NCBI GenBank assembly: GCA_965205275.1
Contig: OZ242168.1
Span: 1,463,276-1,527,275, forward strand
DNA from: Gammaproteobacteria bacterium
Lineage (GTDB): Bacteria > Pseudomonadota > Gammaproteobacteria > UBA4575
Reading direction: 5' to 3'
DNA: 64,000 nucleotides
The notes below the pieces were generated by a model. The model saw only the letters and a program-made list of their open reading frames with translations. It searched no databases and was not told the origin of the DNA. The position numbers and the translations under genes are program-made. Below are positions 17,457 through 27,069 of the stretch, one piece after another (within the stretch, counting starts at the first letter, position 1; every line of letters begins with the position of its first letter).

Positions 17457-19160
17457 TCAGAACAAAAAGTATTTCTGTGCCATGGGAACGGTGGTGGCCG
17501 GTTCACAGGTCAGTAACTCGCCGTCGGCATGCACTTCATAGGTCTGCGGGTTGACCTCAATACGGGGTTGATACGTGTTCAGATGCAGGTCTTTTTTCCG
17601 GATCCCGCGTGTATTGCTGACCGCAACGACCGTTTTATCCAGATGCAATTGATCCTGTATACCCGCATCCAGTGCGGCTTTTGAAACAAAGGTCAGTGAG
17701 GTGGATGCGTTGGCTTTGCTTTGGGCACCAAACATATACCGGTAGTGTACAGGTTGTGGCGTAGGGATTGAGGCATTGGGATCCCCCATCGGGGCCGCAA
17801 CAATAAACCCTCCCTTGATGATCAGTGAAGGTTTCACGCCGAAAAACGGCGGCTTCCATAACACCAGGTCGGCCAGTTTGCCGACTTCAACCGATCCGAC
17901 TTCATGTGCGATGCCATGCGTAATGGCCGGGTTGATGGTGTACTTGGCAACGTAACGCCGTATCCTGAAGTTGTCGTTGCGATCACTGTCTGGTTCCAGT
18001 GCACCGCGTTGAACCTTCATTTTATGAGCCGTTTGCCAGGTCCGGGCAATGACTTCCCCGACACGCCCCATGGCCTGTGAATCCGATGCAATCATACTGA
18101 ACGCACCCAGGTCATGCAGGATGTCTTCGGCGGCAATGGTTTCCCGGCGAATGCGTGACTCGGCAAAGGCAACGTCTTCAGGAATTTTCGGGTCCAGGTG
18201 ATGACATACCATCAGCATGTCCAGATGTTCGTCAATGGTGTTCACCGTAAAAGGCCGGGTTGGATTGGTACTGGACGGCAACACGTTGGCCAGGCCGCAT
18301 ACACGAATGATATCCGGTGCATGCCCACCCCCTGCGCCTTCCGTATGATAGGTGTGTATCGTACGGTCCTTGAATGCGGCAATGGTGTCCTCAACGAAAC
18401 CGGATTCATTCAACGTATCGGTGTGAATCGCCACCTGCACGTCGTGTTGCTCAGCGACTCCCAGACAATTGTCGATGGCGGCAGGCGTTGTGCCCCAATC
18501 TTCATGCAGCTTCAGCCCCATTGCCCCGGCTTCAACCTGTTCATTCAAGGCCTCCGGCAGGCTTGCATTGCCCTTGCCCAGGAAACCCAGATTCATGGGC
18601 AGACTGTCTGCGGCTTCCAGCATACGGTGAATATTCCACGGACCCGGGGTGCAGGTGGTCGCATTGGTGCCGGTCGCAGGGCCTGTGCCTCCCCCCAGCA
18701 GGGTGGTCACCCCGGACATCAGGGCATCTTCGATCTGTTGCGGACAGATAAAGTGTATGTGTGCGTCGATCCCCCCCGCAGTCAGTATTTGTCCTTCCCC
18801 GGCAATGGCTTCGGTACCCGGACCGATCAGGATATCGACACCGGGCTGCACATCAGGATTGCCTGCTTTGCCGATGCCTGCAATCCGTCCGTCCTTGATC
18901 CCCACATCGGCTTTGGCAATTCCCCAGTAATCCACAATGAGTGCATTGGTGATGACCGTATCCACGGCTTCCCGGCAGCTCGCCTGGCTTTGCCCCATGC
19001 CATCCCGTATGACCTTGCCGCCACCGAACTTTACTTCTTCCCCGTAGATGGCAAAGTCGCTCTCAACTTCCACACGCAATTCCGTATCGGCAAGTCGCAG
19101 ACGGTCCCCGACGGTGGGGCCATACATTTCGGCATACGCCTGTCTTGAGATTTTTGCCAT
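17457..19160 (-). CDS. ureC: Urease alpha subunit
   Basis: 567 aa with the amidohydrolase active-site motifs GGIDAHIH and MVCHHLD. Confidence 0.95.
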   Translation of the reverse strand: MAKISRQAYAEMYGPTVGDRLRLADTELRVEVESDFAIYGEEVKFGGGKVIRDGMGQSQASCREAVDTVITNALIVDYWGIAKADVGIKDGRIAGIGKAGNPDVQPGVDILIGPGTEAIAGEGQILTAGGIDAHIHFICPQQIEDALMSGVTTLLGGGTGPATGTNATTCTPGPWNIHRMLEAADSLPMNLGFLGKGNASLPEALNEQVEAGAMGLKLHEDWGTTPAAIDNCLGVAEQHDVQVAIHTDTLNESGFVEDTIAAFKDRTIHTYHTEGAGGGHAPDIIRVCGLANVLPSSTNPTRPFTVNTIDEHLDMLMVCHHLDPKIPEDVAFAESRIRRETIAAEDILHDLGAFSMIASDSQAMGRVGEVIARTWQTAHKMKVQRGALEPDSDRNDNFRIRRYVAKYTINPAITHGIAHEVGSVEVGKLADLVLWKPPFFGVKPSLIIKGGFIVAAPMGDPNASIPTPQPVHYRYMFGAQSKANASTSLTFVSKAALDAGIQDQLHLDKTVVAVSNTRGIRKKDLHLNTYQPRIEVNPQTYEVHADGELLTCEPATTVPMAQKYFLF

Positions 19161-19171
19161 GTCCGTGCAGC

Positions 19172-19519
19172 TCAGTCCCGGGGCTCGTCCAGAGGGCCCA
19201 TCACTTTTGCGTTAAATCCGTAAACGGCCCTTTTCCCGTCCAGGTCCACCAGCGTGACCGTGCGTGTTTGCCCGGGTTCAAAACGCACCGCGGTCCCTGC
19301 GGGGATATCCAGACGCTTTCCCCTGGACCGCCCGCGGTCAAATTCCAGCGCGGAGTTGGTTTCATAAAAATGATAATGTGAACCCACCTGAACCGGGCGA
19401 TCGCCGGTATTGGCCACGGTAACTGTGCAGGGGACCCGCCCGGCATTAATCTCCAGTTCCCCCTCGGCTACCATCAGTTCACCCGGTATCGGACCGGTAT
19501 CTTTCCTGTTTCCCATCAT
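19172..19519 (-). CDS. ureB: Urease beta subunit
   Basis: 115 aa containing [18 protein letters not shown]. Its start overlaps the ureA stop (ATGA). Confidence 0.85.
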   Translation of the reverse strand: MMGNRKDTGPIPGELMVAEGELEINAGRVPCTVTVANTGDRPVQVGSHYHFYETNSALEFDRGRSRGKRLDIPAGTAVRFEPGQTRTVTLVDLDGKRAVYGFNAKVMGPLDEPRD

Positions 19520-19821
19520 CAGATAATCGGGTTATGCACGGTCACCAGTTTCGTGCCATCCGGGAAAGTGGCCTCGACCTGCACCTCATGTACCATTTCG
19601 GCAATCCCTTCCATGACCTCTTCCGTGCTCAGCAGGGTACGCCCGTACTCCATGCATTCGGCAACGGTTTTGCCTTCACGCGCCGCCTCCAGTATCGCGG
19701 CTGAAATATAGGCGATCGCTTCAGGATAGTTCAGCCGGAGGCCTTTTGCCTTGCGCCGTTCCGCAAGCAGGCCCGCCGTAAAAATCAAAAGCTTGTCTTT
19801 CTCGCGTGGCAGAAGTTCCAT
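19519..19821 (-). CDS. ureA: Urease gamma subunit
   Basis: 100 aa: [45 protein letters not shown]... Confidence 0.9.
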   Translation of the reverse strand: MELLPREKDKLLIFTAGLLAERRKAKGLRLNYPEAIAYISAAILEAAREGKTVAECMEYGRTLLSTEEVMEGIAEMVHEVQVEATFPDGTKLVTVHNPII

Positions 19822-19842
19822 ATGGATTCCCGTATCCTGCTG

Positions 19843-20706
19843 TCAGGTGGCCCAGATTCTGGGCTCGCATGGCTTTTTCCCAAGCGTAACCGGTCGAATC
19901 GCTTTCCAGATCTTAATAAACCAGTCCCGTATCGCCATGGCACTGGTATCCAGACAACGGCACAACAATACGCCACCCGCAACGGTAACGCTGGTACGGC
20001 GGACGTCCTCCAGCATGTCCCGAACCAGGCCCTGTGCTTCTTCCAGTACGCGTACATCCCTGTTGACAACGGTCATCAGGCCCATGACCGGTTGTTTGCG
20101 AAGCCCCCATGCGCCATTCAATACCTCTGCACAGTTTTGCAGGGTGATGCGATCGATCAGCAAGGGTTCCGTTCCCTGCCAGATTTCAAAATGCTGCCTG
20201 AACCGGCCCGTTACAAATTTTTCATCGCATGCCGGGCGGCCAAAACTCACGATCTCCCAGCCGAAAAAACCGGCCTCGCCGGCCAAGTGTACTTTCGTGC
20301 TGGAATGTACGCTTGCGCCATCAAACAATATGGTCTCCTGCGGCAGCCATTCCAGGCAGGCATTGCCCTGGACCGTTAACTCATTGTACTGCGTTGCCAT
20401 GTGACCATTGGAGCGGTAGAACTTGTTTGCGGCAGGGGTCGTGATGAGTGCAGAAGTCGCCGCCTCACACGTCACGACGACACTGAGCGAATCCCCGCCC
20501 ACTACGCCCCCCGGCGGGTGCAGGACATATACATGACAGGTGCCGTCGGATTCCGGGTAAAACGGTCGCTGCACAGTCAGGGGGCCCTCATGACGTTGCC
20601 GGCTTACGACCGTCCTGTCATTTTTCAACGCCAGCCTCAGCTGCAAGCGGGCCTCCCAGCCCGGGGCATGCTCATATCCGGAGCATTTTTGCGCAAGCGC
20701 CGCCAT
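19843..20706 (-). CDS. ureD: Urease accessory protein UreD (UreH)
   Basis: 287 aa with UreD-like core segments. It is the first gene of the ure block. Confidence 0.8.
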   Translation of the reverse strand: MAALAQKCSGYEHAPGWEARLQLRLALKNDRTVVSRQRHEGPLTVQRPFYPESDGTCHVYVLHPPGGVVGGDSLSVVVTCEAATSALITTPAANKFYRSNGHMATQYNELTVQGNACLEWLPQETILFDGASVHSSTKVHLAGEAGFFGWEIVSFGRPACDEKFVTGRFRQHFEIWQGTEPLLIDRITLQNCAEVLNGAWGLRKQPVMGLMTVVNRDVRVLEEAQGLVRDMLEDVRRTSVTVAGGVLLCRCLDTSAMAIRDWFIKIWKAIRPVTLGKKPCEPRIWAT

Positions 20707-20707
20707 T

Positions 20708-20926
20708 CTATGCTTTCAATAGCCTTCGAAAGACCAGGCCGGCAATCCCCAATCCTGCAATCAGGGCGACATACCCCCATGCTCCCCCGACAAGATGCGG
20801 ATGAACATGCACCGGATCTAGAACTCCTGACATCCCTGTACTGCCATGTCCCGTGTGCGAAATCGCTGAACCGGGCAATAAAGCCACCATCAAAAAGATG
20901 GCTGCAAGTAATGATTGGATTCGCAT
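20708..20926 (-). CDS. Mini HupE/UreJ-like protein: signal peptide + His-rich metal-binding segment + single TM (72 aa)
   Basis: MRIQSLLAAIFLMVALLPGSAISHTGHGSTGMSGVLDPVHVHPH... resembles only the mature N-terminus of HupE/UreJ nickel permeases (AHTGHG...G..HP). It ends after one TM helix, 2 nt before ureD, and sits 23 nt after urtE. Confidence 0.45.
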   Translation of the reverse strand: MRIQSLLAAIFLMVALLPGSAISHTGHGSTGMSGVLDPVHVHPHLVGGAWGYVALIAGLGIAGLVFRRLLKA

Positions 20927-20949
20927 GATGTTGTGTCCCCCAGGTATTT

Positions 20950-21642
20950 TTACACTTTTAAATATCGATCAATGAGGTCGCCATCCAGTTCATTCATTTT
21001 TCCTGTGGCGACCATGGCGCCTTTCTCCATGATACTGAAATTGCTTGCCACTTTTTTGGCAAAAGGCAATTTTTGCTCCACCAGCAAAACGGTCAGGCCC
21101 CATTCCTGGTTGAGCCGGTTGATGATATCGCCGATTTCAGAAACAATATTGGGCTGAATGCCTTCTGTAGGTTCATCAAGGATCAGTAACTCAGGCTCAA
21201 TCGCCAGTGCCCGGCCTAACGCCAGCTGCTGCTGCTGTCCGCCCGACAGATCACCTCCTCTACGATTCAGCATTTCTTTCAGGACCGGGAATAATTCAAA
21301 AATCATGGAGGGCAGGGTTTTCTTTTTACCGGCACGGGCCGTCAGTCCTGTATGCAGATTTTCGGCTACCGTAAGTTGCGAAAATATCTCTCTCCCCTGT
21401 GGCACATAGCCAATCCCGTGTCGTGCACGCACTTCAGCCGCTTTTGCCGAAAATTCGATGCCCTTAAACCGGATTTCACCGTTCTTTATTTTCTCCAGGC
21501 CCATCACGCATTTGAGCAAGGTGGTCTTGCCCACACCGTTTCGACCCATTAGGCACATGCAGGCCCCTTTCTCAATTTCAAGGTTAACGCCCCAGAGAGT
21601 ATGACTTTCCCCGTAGTAATGATCAAGGTTATGGATCTTCAT
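20950..21642 (-). CDS. urtE: Urea ABC transporter ATP-binding protein UrtE
   Basis: Walker A GRNGVGKTTL and ABC signature LSGGQQQQLALGRAL. It is LivF-like and the last gene of the urt operon. Confidence 0.85.
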   Translation of the reverse strand: MKIHNLDHYYGESHTLWGVNLEIEKGACMCLMGRNGVGKTTLLKCVMGLEKIKNGEIRFKGIEFSAKAAEVRARHGIGYVPQGREIFSQLTVAENLHTGLTARAGKKKTLPSMIFELFPVLKEMLNRRGGDLSGGQQQQLALGRALAIEPELLILDEPTEGIQPNIVSEIGDIINRLNQEWGLTVLLVEQKLPFAKKVASNFSIMEKGAMVATGKMNELDGDLIDRYLKV

Positions 21643-21653
21643 GGTCCTTGCTG

Positions 21654-22436
21654 CTATCCGCCCAGATACACTTCAACCACTTTCGGGTCATTCTGTACAC
21701 TTTCCATCGAGCCTTCCGCCAGAACGCTTCCCTGGTGCAGGACCGTTACACGGTTTGCCAGGGATCGTACAAATTCCATATCATGCTCGACCACCACCAC
21801 GGAGTGTTTCCGGGCAAGCCGGATCAGTAACTCGGAGGTATGTTCGGTTTCCTGCCGGGTCATACCGGCTACCGGCTCATCCACCAGCAAAAGCTTTGGA
21901 TTCTGCATAAGCAGCATGCCTATTTCCAGCCATTGCTTCTGCCCGTGAGACAACTCTCCGGCATCACGATGTATCTTTTCCTGCAGCACAATGGTTTCCA
22001 GAACGTCGTGTATCCTGTCATCATCTTCACCGGACAATCTGAAAAACAGGTTTTCGAATACCTTGCGGCGGCCTTCCAGGGCCAGCTTCAGGTTATCGTA
22101 TACCGTGTGATTTTCAAACACCGTGGGCTTTTGAAACTTTCGGCCAATGCCGAGGTTTGCAATTTCCGCTTCACTGAGTGAAGTCAGGTCCGTCATGTCA
22201 TCGAAGATGACGCGACCTTCATCCGGGCGGGTTTTACCCGTGATGATGTCCATCATCGTGGTTTTCCCCGCACCGTTCGGGCCGATGATGCTGCGCAATT
22301 CATTCTTGTTTACATACAAACTCAGATTATCAATGGCCCTGAAACCGTCAAAACTGACCGACACGCCATCCAGATACAGAATGCTTTCATCCGGAACATG
22401 TATGGCCGGGTTCTCGATAACGTTCAGATTACTCAT
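21654..22436 (-). CDS. urtD: Urea ABC transporter ATP-binding protein UrtD
   Basis: Walker A GPNGAGKTT and signature LSHGQKQWLEIGMLL; LivG-like. The start was moved to the ATG at 22436 (MSNLNVIEN). The ORF-table N-terminal extension is non-coding-like. Confidence 0.85.
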   Translation of the reverse strand: MSNLNVIENPAIHVPDESILYLDGVSVSFDGFRAIDNLSLYVNKNELRSIIGPNGAGKTTMMDIITGKTRPDEGRVIFDDMTDLTSLSEAEIANLGIGRKFQKPTVFENHTVYDNLKLALEGRRKVFENLFFRLSGEDDDRIHDVLETIVLQEKIHRDAGELSHGQKQWLEIGMLLMQNPKLLLVDEPVAGMTRQETEHTSELLIRLARKHSVVVVEHDMEFVRSLANRVTVLHQGSVLAEGSMESVQNDPKVVEVYLGG

Positions 22437-23577
22437 TTTTTGCTGCCTCTTTGGGTATTGCAGTCCTTGCGGGGAAGTTAAGCATTCCCGGGATTTTTTG
22501 GATCGCACCGGCGATGCCCTGTGGTAAAAATAATGTAACCCCGACAAATAACCCCCCCAGGATAAACAACCACACTTCCAGGGCCGCGGCTGTAAAATAG
22601 GTTTTGGCGAAATTGACGGCCACGGCGCCAAGGGCTGCGCCATAAAGTGTTCCGCGCCCGCCCATGGCTACCCAGATCACCATTTCAATCGAATGAACCG
22701 GAGAAAATTCCCCGGGATTGATAATGCCGACCTGCGGCACATACAAGGCCCCCGCAATGCCCGCCAGCATGGCCGCCACGACAAATACAAACAGTTTGTA
22801 ATATTCATCGCGATACCCCAAAGCCCGGACCCGGCCTTCCGAATCCCGGATCGCCTTGACCAGGCTGCCGAGACGCGACTGCACGATGAACCGGCAAATG
22901 AGATACCCCAGCAGGGTCGCAAGCGCTGAGCATACAAACAGGAAAATCCGGGTTTCATCGGACCGCAGGTCAAAACCCAGAATATCCTTGAAGTCCGTTA
23001 ATCCGTTATTGCCCCCGAAGCCGAAGTTATTTCTGAAAAATGCCAGCATCAGCGCATACGTCAGCGCCTGCGTGATGATGGAAAGGTATACGCCGGTAAC
23101 GCGCGAGCGAAACGCCAGCCACCCGAACACAAAAGCCAGCAGCCCCGGCACGAACAGCACCATGATGGATGCGAACCAGAACTGGTCAACTCCGTGCCAG
23201 AACCACGGCAACTCCTTATAGTCCAGAAAGACCATAAAATCCGGCAACACCGGATGACCGTACACGCCGCGGTCGCCGATCTGGCGCATCAGGTACATGC
23301 CCATCACGTAGCCACCCAGACCAAAAAATGCACCATGGCCCAGACTCAGGATACCCAGATAGCCCCAGACCAGGTCCAGTGAAATGGCCAGCAAGGCATA
23401 CGTCAGGTACTTGCCGATCAGGGTCACGGCATAGGTAGTCACGTGAAACGGGGAAGACTCGGGAACCGCCAGATTACAGACGGGCACCAGTATCATTAAT
23501 GCCAGCAGCAGGATGACGAAGTACTGGCCACCCCTGTCGGTTTCCAGCAGCCTGAAGATGAACGGTTTGTATTTCAT
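22429..23577 (-). CDS. urtC: Urea ABC transporter permease UrtC
   Basis: LivM-type permease. The start MKYKPFIF at 23577 overlaps the urtB stop (ATGA). Confidence 0.85.
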   Translation of the reverse strand: MKYKPFIFRLLETDRGGQYFVILLLALMILVPVCNLAVPESSPFHVTTYAVTLIGKYLTYALLAISLDLVWGYLGILSLGHGAFFGLGGYVMGMYLMRQIGDRGVYGHPVLPDFMVFLDYKELPWFWHGVDQFWFASIMVLFVPGLLAFVFGWLAFRSRVTGVYLSIITQALTYALMLAFFRNNFGFGGNNGLTDFKDILGFDLRSDETRIFLFVCSALATLLGYLICRFIVQSRLGSLVKAIRDSEGRVRALGYRDEYYKLFVFVVAAMLAGIAGALYVPQVGIINPGEFSPVHSIEMVIWVAMGGRGTLYGAALGAVAVNFAKTYFTAAALEVWLFILGGLFVGVTLFLPQGIAGAIQKIPGMLNFPARTAIPKEAAKNE

Positions 23578-25220
23578 CAGCCGTTTTCCGCAGCACGGCC
23601 CTTGAGCGCAAACATGCCCCGGGGGTATTTCTGTATGAACAGGATGATAAAAATCAGCACGAGAATTTTTGCAAAGACGGCACCCGTTGCAGGCTCCATG
23701 AACTTGTTGGCAATGCCCAGGATCATTGCGCCAAAAAAGGTGCCCCACAGGTTTCCGACGCCCCCGAACACTACGACCATAAATGAATCTACAATGTAGG
23801 CTTGGCCAAGATTGGGACCGACATTGGTAAGCTGGCTCAATGCCACGCCACCAATTCCTGCGATACCCGAACCCAGACCGAACGTGAGCGAGTCCACCCA
23901 GTGGGTACGTATGCCCATCGCTTTGGCCATGTTCCGGTTTTGAGTCACTGCACGCATTTGCAGCCCGAATGAGGTCTTCTTTAACAGCCACAGCAATCCG
24001 AACAAAACCAGTAATGCGAATACGACAATGTACATTCTGTTGTAGGTCAGCGATAAGGCCGGATTGAACTCAAAAGACCCGCTCATCCATTGCGGAGTGA
24101 TCACCGAACGGTTAAGCGGCGAAAATACGGACCGCACGGACTGCTGCAGAACCAGACTTAATCCGAACGTGGCCAGCAATGTCTCCAGCGGGCGGCCATA
24201 CAAAAAACGAATGATGCCACGCTCTATTCCCATGCCGATCAGGCCGGTCACGATGAAGGTGGCCGGAATCGCAACAAACAGGGAGTATTCAATGGAGTTC
24301 GGCATGAGTTGCTGCACAACGAACGTGGTATAGGCGCCCAGCATCAGCATTTCGCCATGTGCCATGTTAATGACGCCCATCACACCAAAAGTAATTGCCA
24401 GCCCCACGGCCGCCAGCAACAAAACCGAACCCAGGCTTAAGCCAAAGAATATATTTTCAATGTGCTTGTAAAAACCGGTTTTCAAACGGGTCGCCTGCAG
24501 CGCAGAGTCTACGGCGGGCAGCAACCGGTGGTCGGCACTTTGATTGCCGGTATAGGTTGTTTTCAATTCTTCAAGAAGCGTTCGTACTTCGGGATACAGG
24601 GATCCGGCCAATTCATGAATGGCCGCCAACTGTATCTCAGGGTCCTTTGACCGGGCATCGGATACCGCAATGCAAACCCCCATCAGCGCCTTGACTTCCG
24701 AATCCGTCTCCCGGGTGATCGCATTGCGCAGCAGCACTGCCGCAGACGGACTCAGGTTTTTAAGCATATTCCGTACGGCGCGCAGGCGTGTACTTTTTTC
24801 TTCGCTGTAGAGAGTGAGCGTTGCCAGCTTTTCGTTCAGCAACCCTCTTAACTTGTTATTGATGCCGACTTTTCTGTATTTTTTCCTGAGCTCTTTTTTG
24901 CTTTTTGTGTCCAGCCGCTTTGCAGTCAACGGATCAAGTATTTCATAGTTCCCTGGGGTTGTTTCCGAAAGCAAAACAATATTTTTATTTTTTTTATGAT
25001 AATAAATATTGCCCTCCAGGATCTGGCTTAATATCGGTACCGCCTGTGAGCTTCCCGATTCTGCAATATTGAGGATGGCGGTTGTTTTATCCGTAAACTT
25101 TTTTGAAGAAAGCAGCCTGAAGCTGCTTTGCAGAGGGTTGTCTGATCCGGTGTATTCTTCTGCATACAGGCTGTTCAGGAATAATGAACCGAGAATTGTC
25201 AGGACCAGCAAGCACTTCAT
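23577..25220 (-). CDS. urtB: Urea ABC transporter permease UrtB with long N-terminal periplasmic extension
   Basis: 547 aa: signal peptide, then an approximately 240-aa periplasmic domain, then a LivH-type permease core. Confidence 0.8.
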   Translation of the reverse strand: MKCLLVLTILGSLFLNSLYAEEYTGSDNPLQSSFRLLSSKKFTDKTTAILNIAESGSSQAVPILSQILEGNIYYHKKNKNIVLLSETTPGNYEILDPLTAKRLDTKSKKELRKKYRKVGINNKLRGLLNEKLATLTLYSEEKSTRLRAVRNMLKNLSPSAAVLLRNAITRETDSEVKALMGVCIAVSDARSKDPEIQLAAIHELAGSLYPEVRTLLEELKTTYTGNQSADHRLLPAVDSALQATRLKTGFYKHIENIFFGLSLGSVLLLAAVGLAITFGVMGVINMAHGEMLMLGAYTTFVVQQLMPNSIEYSLFVAIPATFIVTGLIGMGIERGIIRFLYGRPLETLLATFGLSLVLQQSVRSVFSPLNRSVITPQWMSGSFEFNPALSLTYNRMYIVVFALLVLFGLLWLLKKTSFGLQMRAVTQNRNMAKAMGIRTHWVDSLTFGLGSGIAGIGGVALSQLTNVGPNLGQAYIVDSFMVVVFGGVGNLWGTFFGAMILGIANKFMEPATGAVFAKILVLIFIILFIQKYPRGMFALKGRAAENG

Positions 25221-25335
25221 GGTGGATTGGCTTTACAGGGGATGCCAAGAAGCTGACCACCCTGCGGATTCAGGGTGGTCAGCCGTACCTACAAGGTTTG
25301 TTACTGAAGGCAACGGTTTAATGATGACCGGACAA

Positions 25336-26631
25336 TCAGAAACTTTGTCCTGAACATTTTCCGGTCTCGGTATTGAAGTTGCCGCAGTTTACCGGATCGG
25401 TCCAGTTTGCAACGATGACTTTGCTTTCCGGCAGCCAGTCTGTCCAGGCATCACCTTTCACTTCGCCATCCGTAGACCAGACAATTTCAAACTGCCCGTC
25501 ATCCTGAATTTCACCAATCAGCACCGGCTTAGACAAATGATGGTTGGTGTTCATAACGGCCATACCGCCGGTAAGGTTGGGCGCCTCGATCCCGTACAGG
25601 GCCGGTCGCACTGCATCCACTTCAGTGGTGCCTGCTTTTTCGACCGCGGCCGCCCACATCTTGAAACCAATGTATGTGGCTTCCATCGGGTCATTGGTCA
25701 CGCGGGCCTCGTCCTTGATGAAGGCATGCCATGACTCAATAAACTTGTCATTCCCCTCTGACTCGGCACTCATGAAGTAATTCCATGCCGCTAGGTGACC
25801 AACCAGAGGTCCGGTATCAATTCCGGACAATTCTTCTTCACCAACAGAGAACGCCACGACGGGGATGTTTTCGGCAGATAATCCCTGGTTTCCAAGCTCC
25901 TTGTAAAAAGGCACATTGGCATCCCCGTTAATCGTGGATACTACGGCTGTTTTCTTTCCTGCTGAACCAAACACCTTGATATCCGAAACGATGGTCTGCC
26001 AGTCGGAATGGCCGAATGGCGTGTAGTTGATCATGATGTCTTCTTCGGCCACCCCTTTTTGCTTGAGGTAAGACTCAAGAATCTTGTTGGTGGTACGCGG
26101 ATACACATAGTCGGTACCGGCCAATACCCATCGTGTTGCACCCACCTCATTCATCAGGTAGTCCACGGCCGGAATCGCTTGCTGATTAGGGGCCGCACCG
26201 GTGTAGAAAACGTTCCTGGAAGACTCCTCACCCTCGTACTGAACCGGGTAAAAAAGCAGACCGTTCAGTTCTTCAACTACGGGTAGCACCGATTTGCGTG
26301 ATACCGACGTCCAGCATCCGAAGATGACATCGACTTTATGAACTTCAATGAGTTCACGCATTTTTTCCGCAAACAGCGGCCAGTCCGAGGCCGGGTCGAC
26401 TACAACGGCTTCCAGTTCTTTTCCGAGCAGACCGCCTGCCTTGTTTTGCTCCTCTACCATCATCAGGACGGTATCCTTAAGCGTGGTCTCGCTGATGGCC
26501 ATGGTGCCGGAAAGAGAATGCAGGACACCAACCTTGATCTTGTCAGCAGAGTAGCCCAGCTGAGGCAACAACAATAAGCCTAGCAGTGCCAGGGAAGGCT
26601 TTATTCCCCAATCTTTAAATTTCATTTCCAT
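25336..26631 (-). CDS. urtA: Urea ABC transporter substrate-binding protein UrtA
   Basis: Signal peptide, then KIKVGVLHSLSGTMAISETTLKD..., typical of UrtA in the Leu/Ile/Val-binding family. Confidence 0.85.
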   Translation of the reverse strand: MEMKFKDWGIKPSLALLGLLLLPQLGYSADKIKVGVLHSLSGTMAISETTLKDTVLMMVEEQNKAGGLLGKELEAVVVDPASDWPLFAEKMRELIEVHKVDVIFGCWTSVSRKSVLPVVEELNGLLFYPVQYEGEESSRNVFYTGAAPNQQAIPAVDYLMNEVGATRWVLAGTDYVYPRTTNKILESYLKQKGVAEEDIMINYTPFGHSDWQTIVSDIKVFGSAGKKTAVVSTINGDANVPFYKELGNQGLSAENIPVVAFSVGEEELSGIDTGPLVGHLAAWNYFMSAESEGNDKFIESWHAFIKDEARVTNDPMEATYIGFKMWAAAVEKAGTTEVDAVRPALYGIEAPNLTGGMAVMNTNHHLSKPVLIGEIQDDGQFEIVWSTDGEVKGDAWTDWLPESKVIVANWTDPVNCGNFNTETGKCSGQSF

Positions 26632-27069
26632 TAACTCCTGAAATTTTCATTTGTATAAAAAATATCCGATCACACTGAACACATTCTTGAAATGGGGAAG
26701 CCATGGGAAACCGCCTCATCCAAAAAGCGCAAGCGCACTAGCTACAACGCACTAAGCATGCCATTGAGAAATTTCAGTTTATTCCTCTTTTATAATCAAT
26801 AAGATAGCGGAGCCTTGTGTTGCCTGCGCAGACAAATGAACATCTATGGTCCTCCGTGCGCACTACGGCCATGCGTGAACGCACCGTTAAAGAGCATACA
26901 TGTAATCCAATAAAACCTGTGGGATACCGGGGGTGAGGTCTGGCTGGGTACCAAAACCAGAGCACTGCTGTGAGTAATGACTCGGAGGTCGAAAGTAACC
27001 GTCTAGCAAGACTGTCAAAATGTTGCCGATGTCTCCGGTACGTACCCGGAATCTGAGATCTTGCGCCCT

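Noticed and set aside
18198-19148. 316-aa plus-strand ORF inside ureC
   Set aside because: It is antisense to the urease alpha subunit, which has unmistakable active-site motifs.
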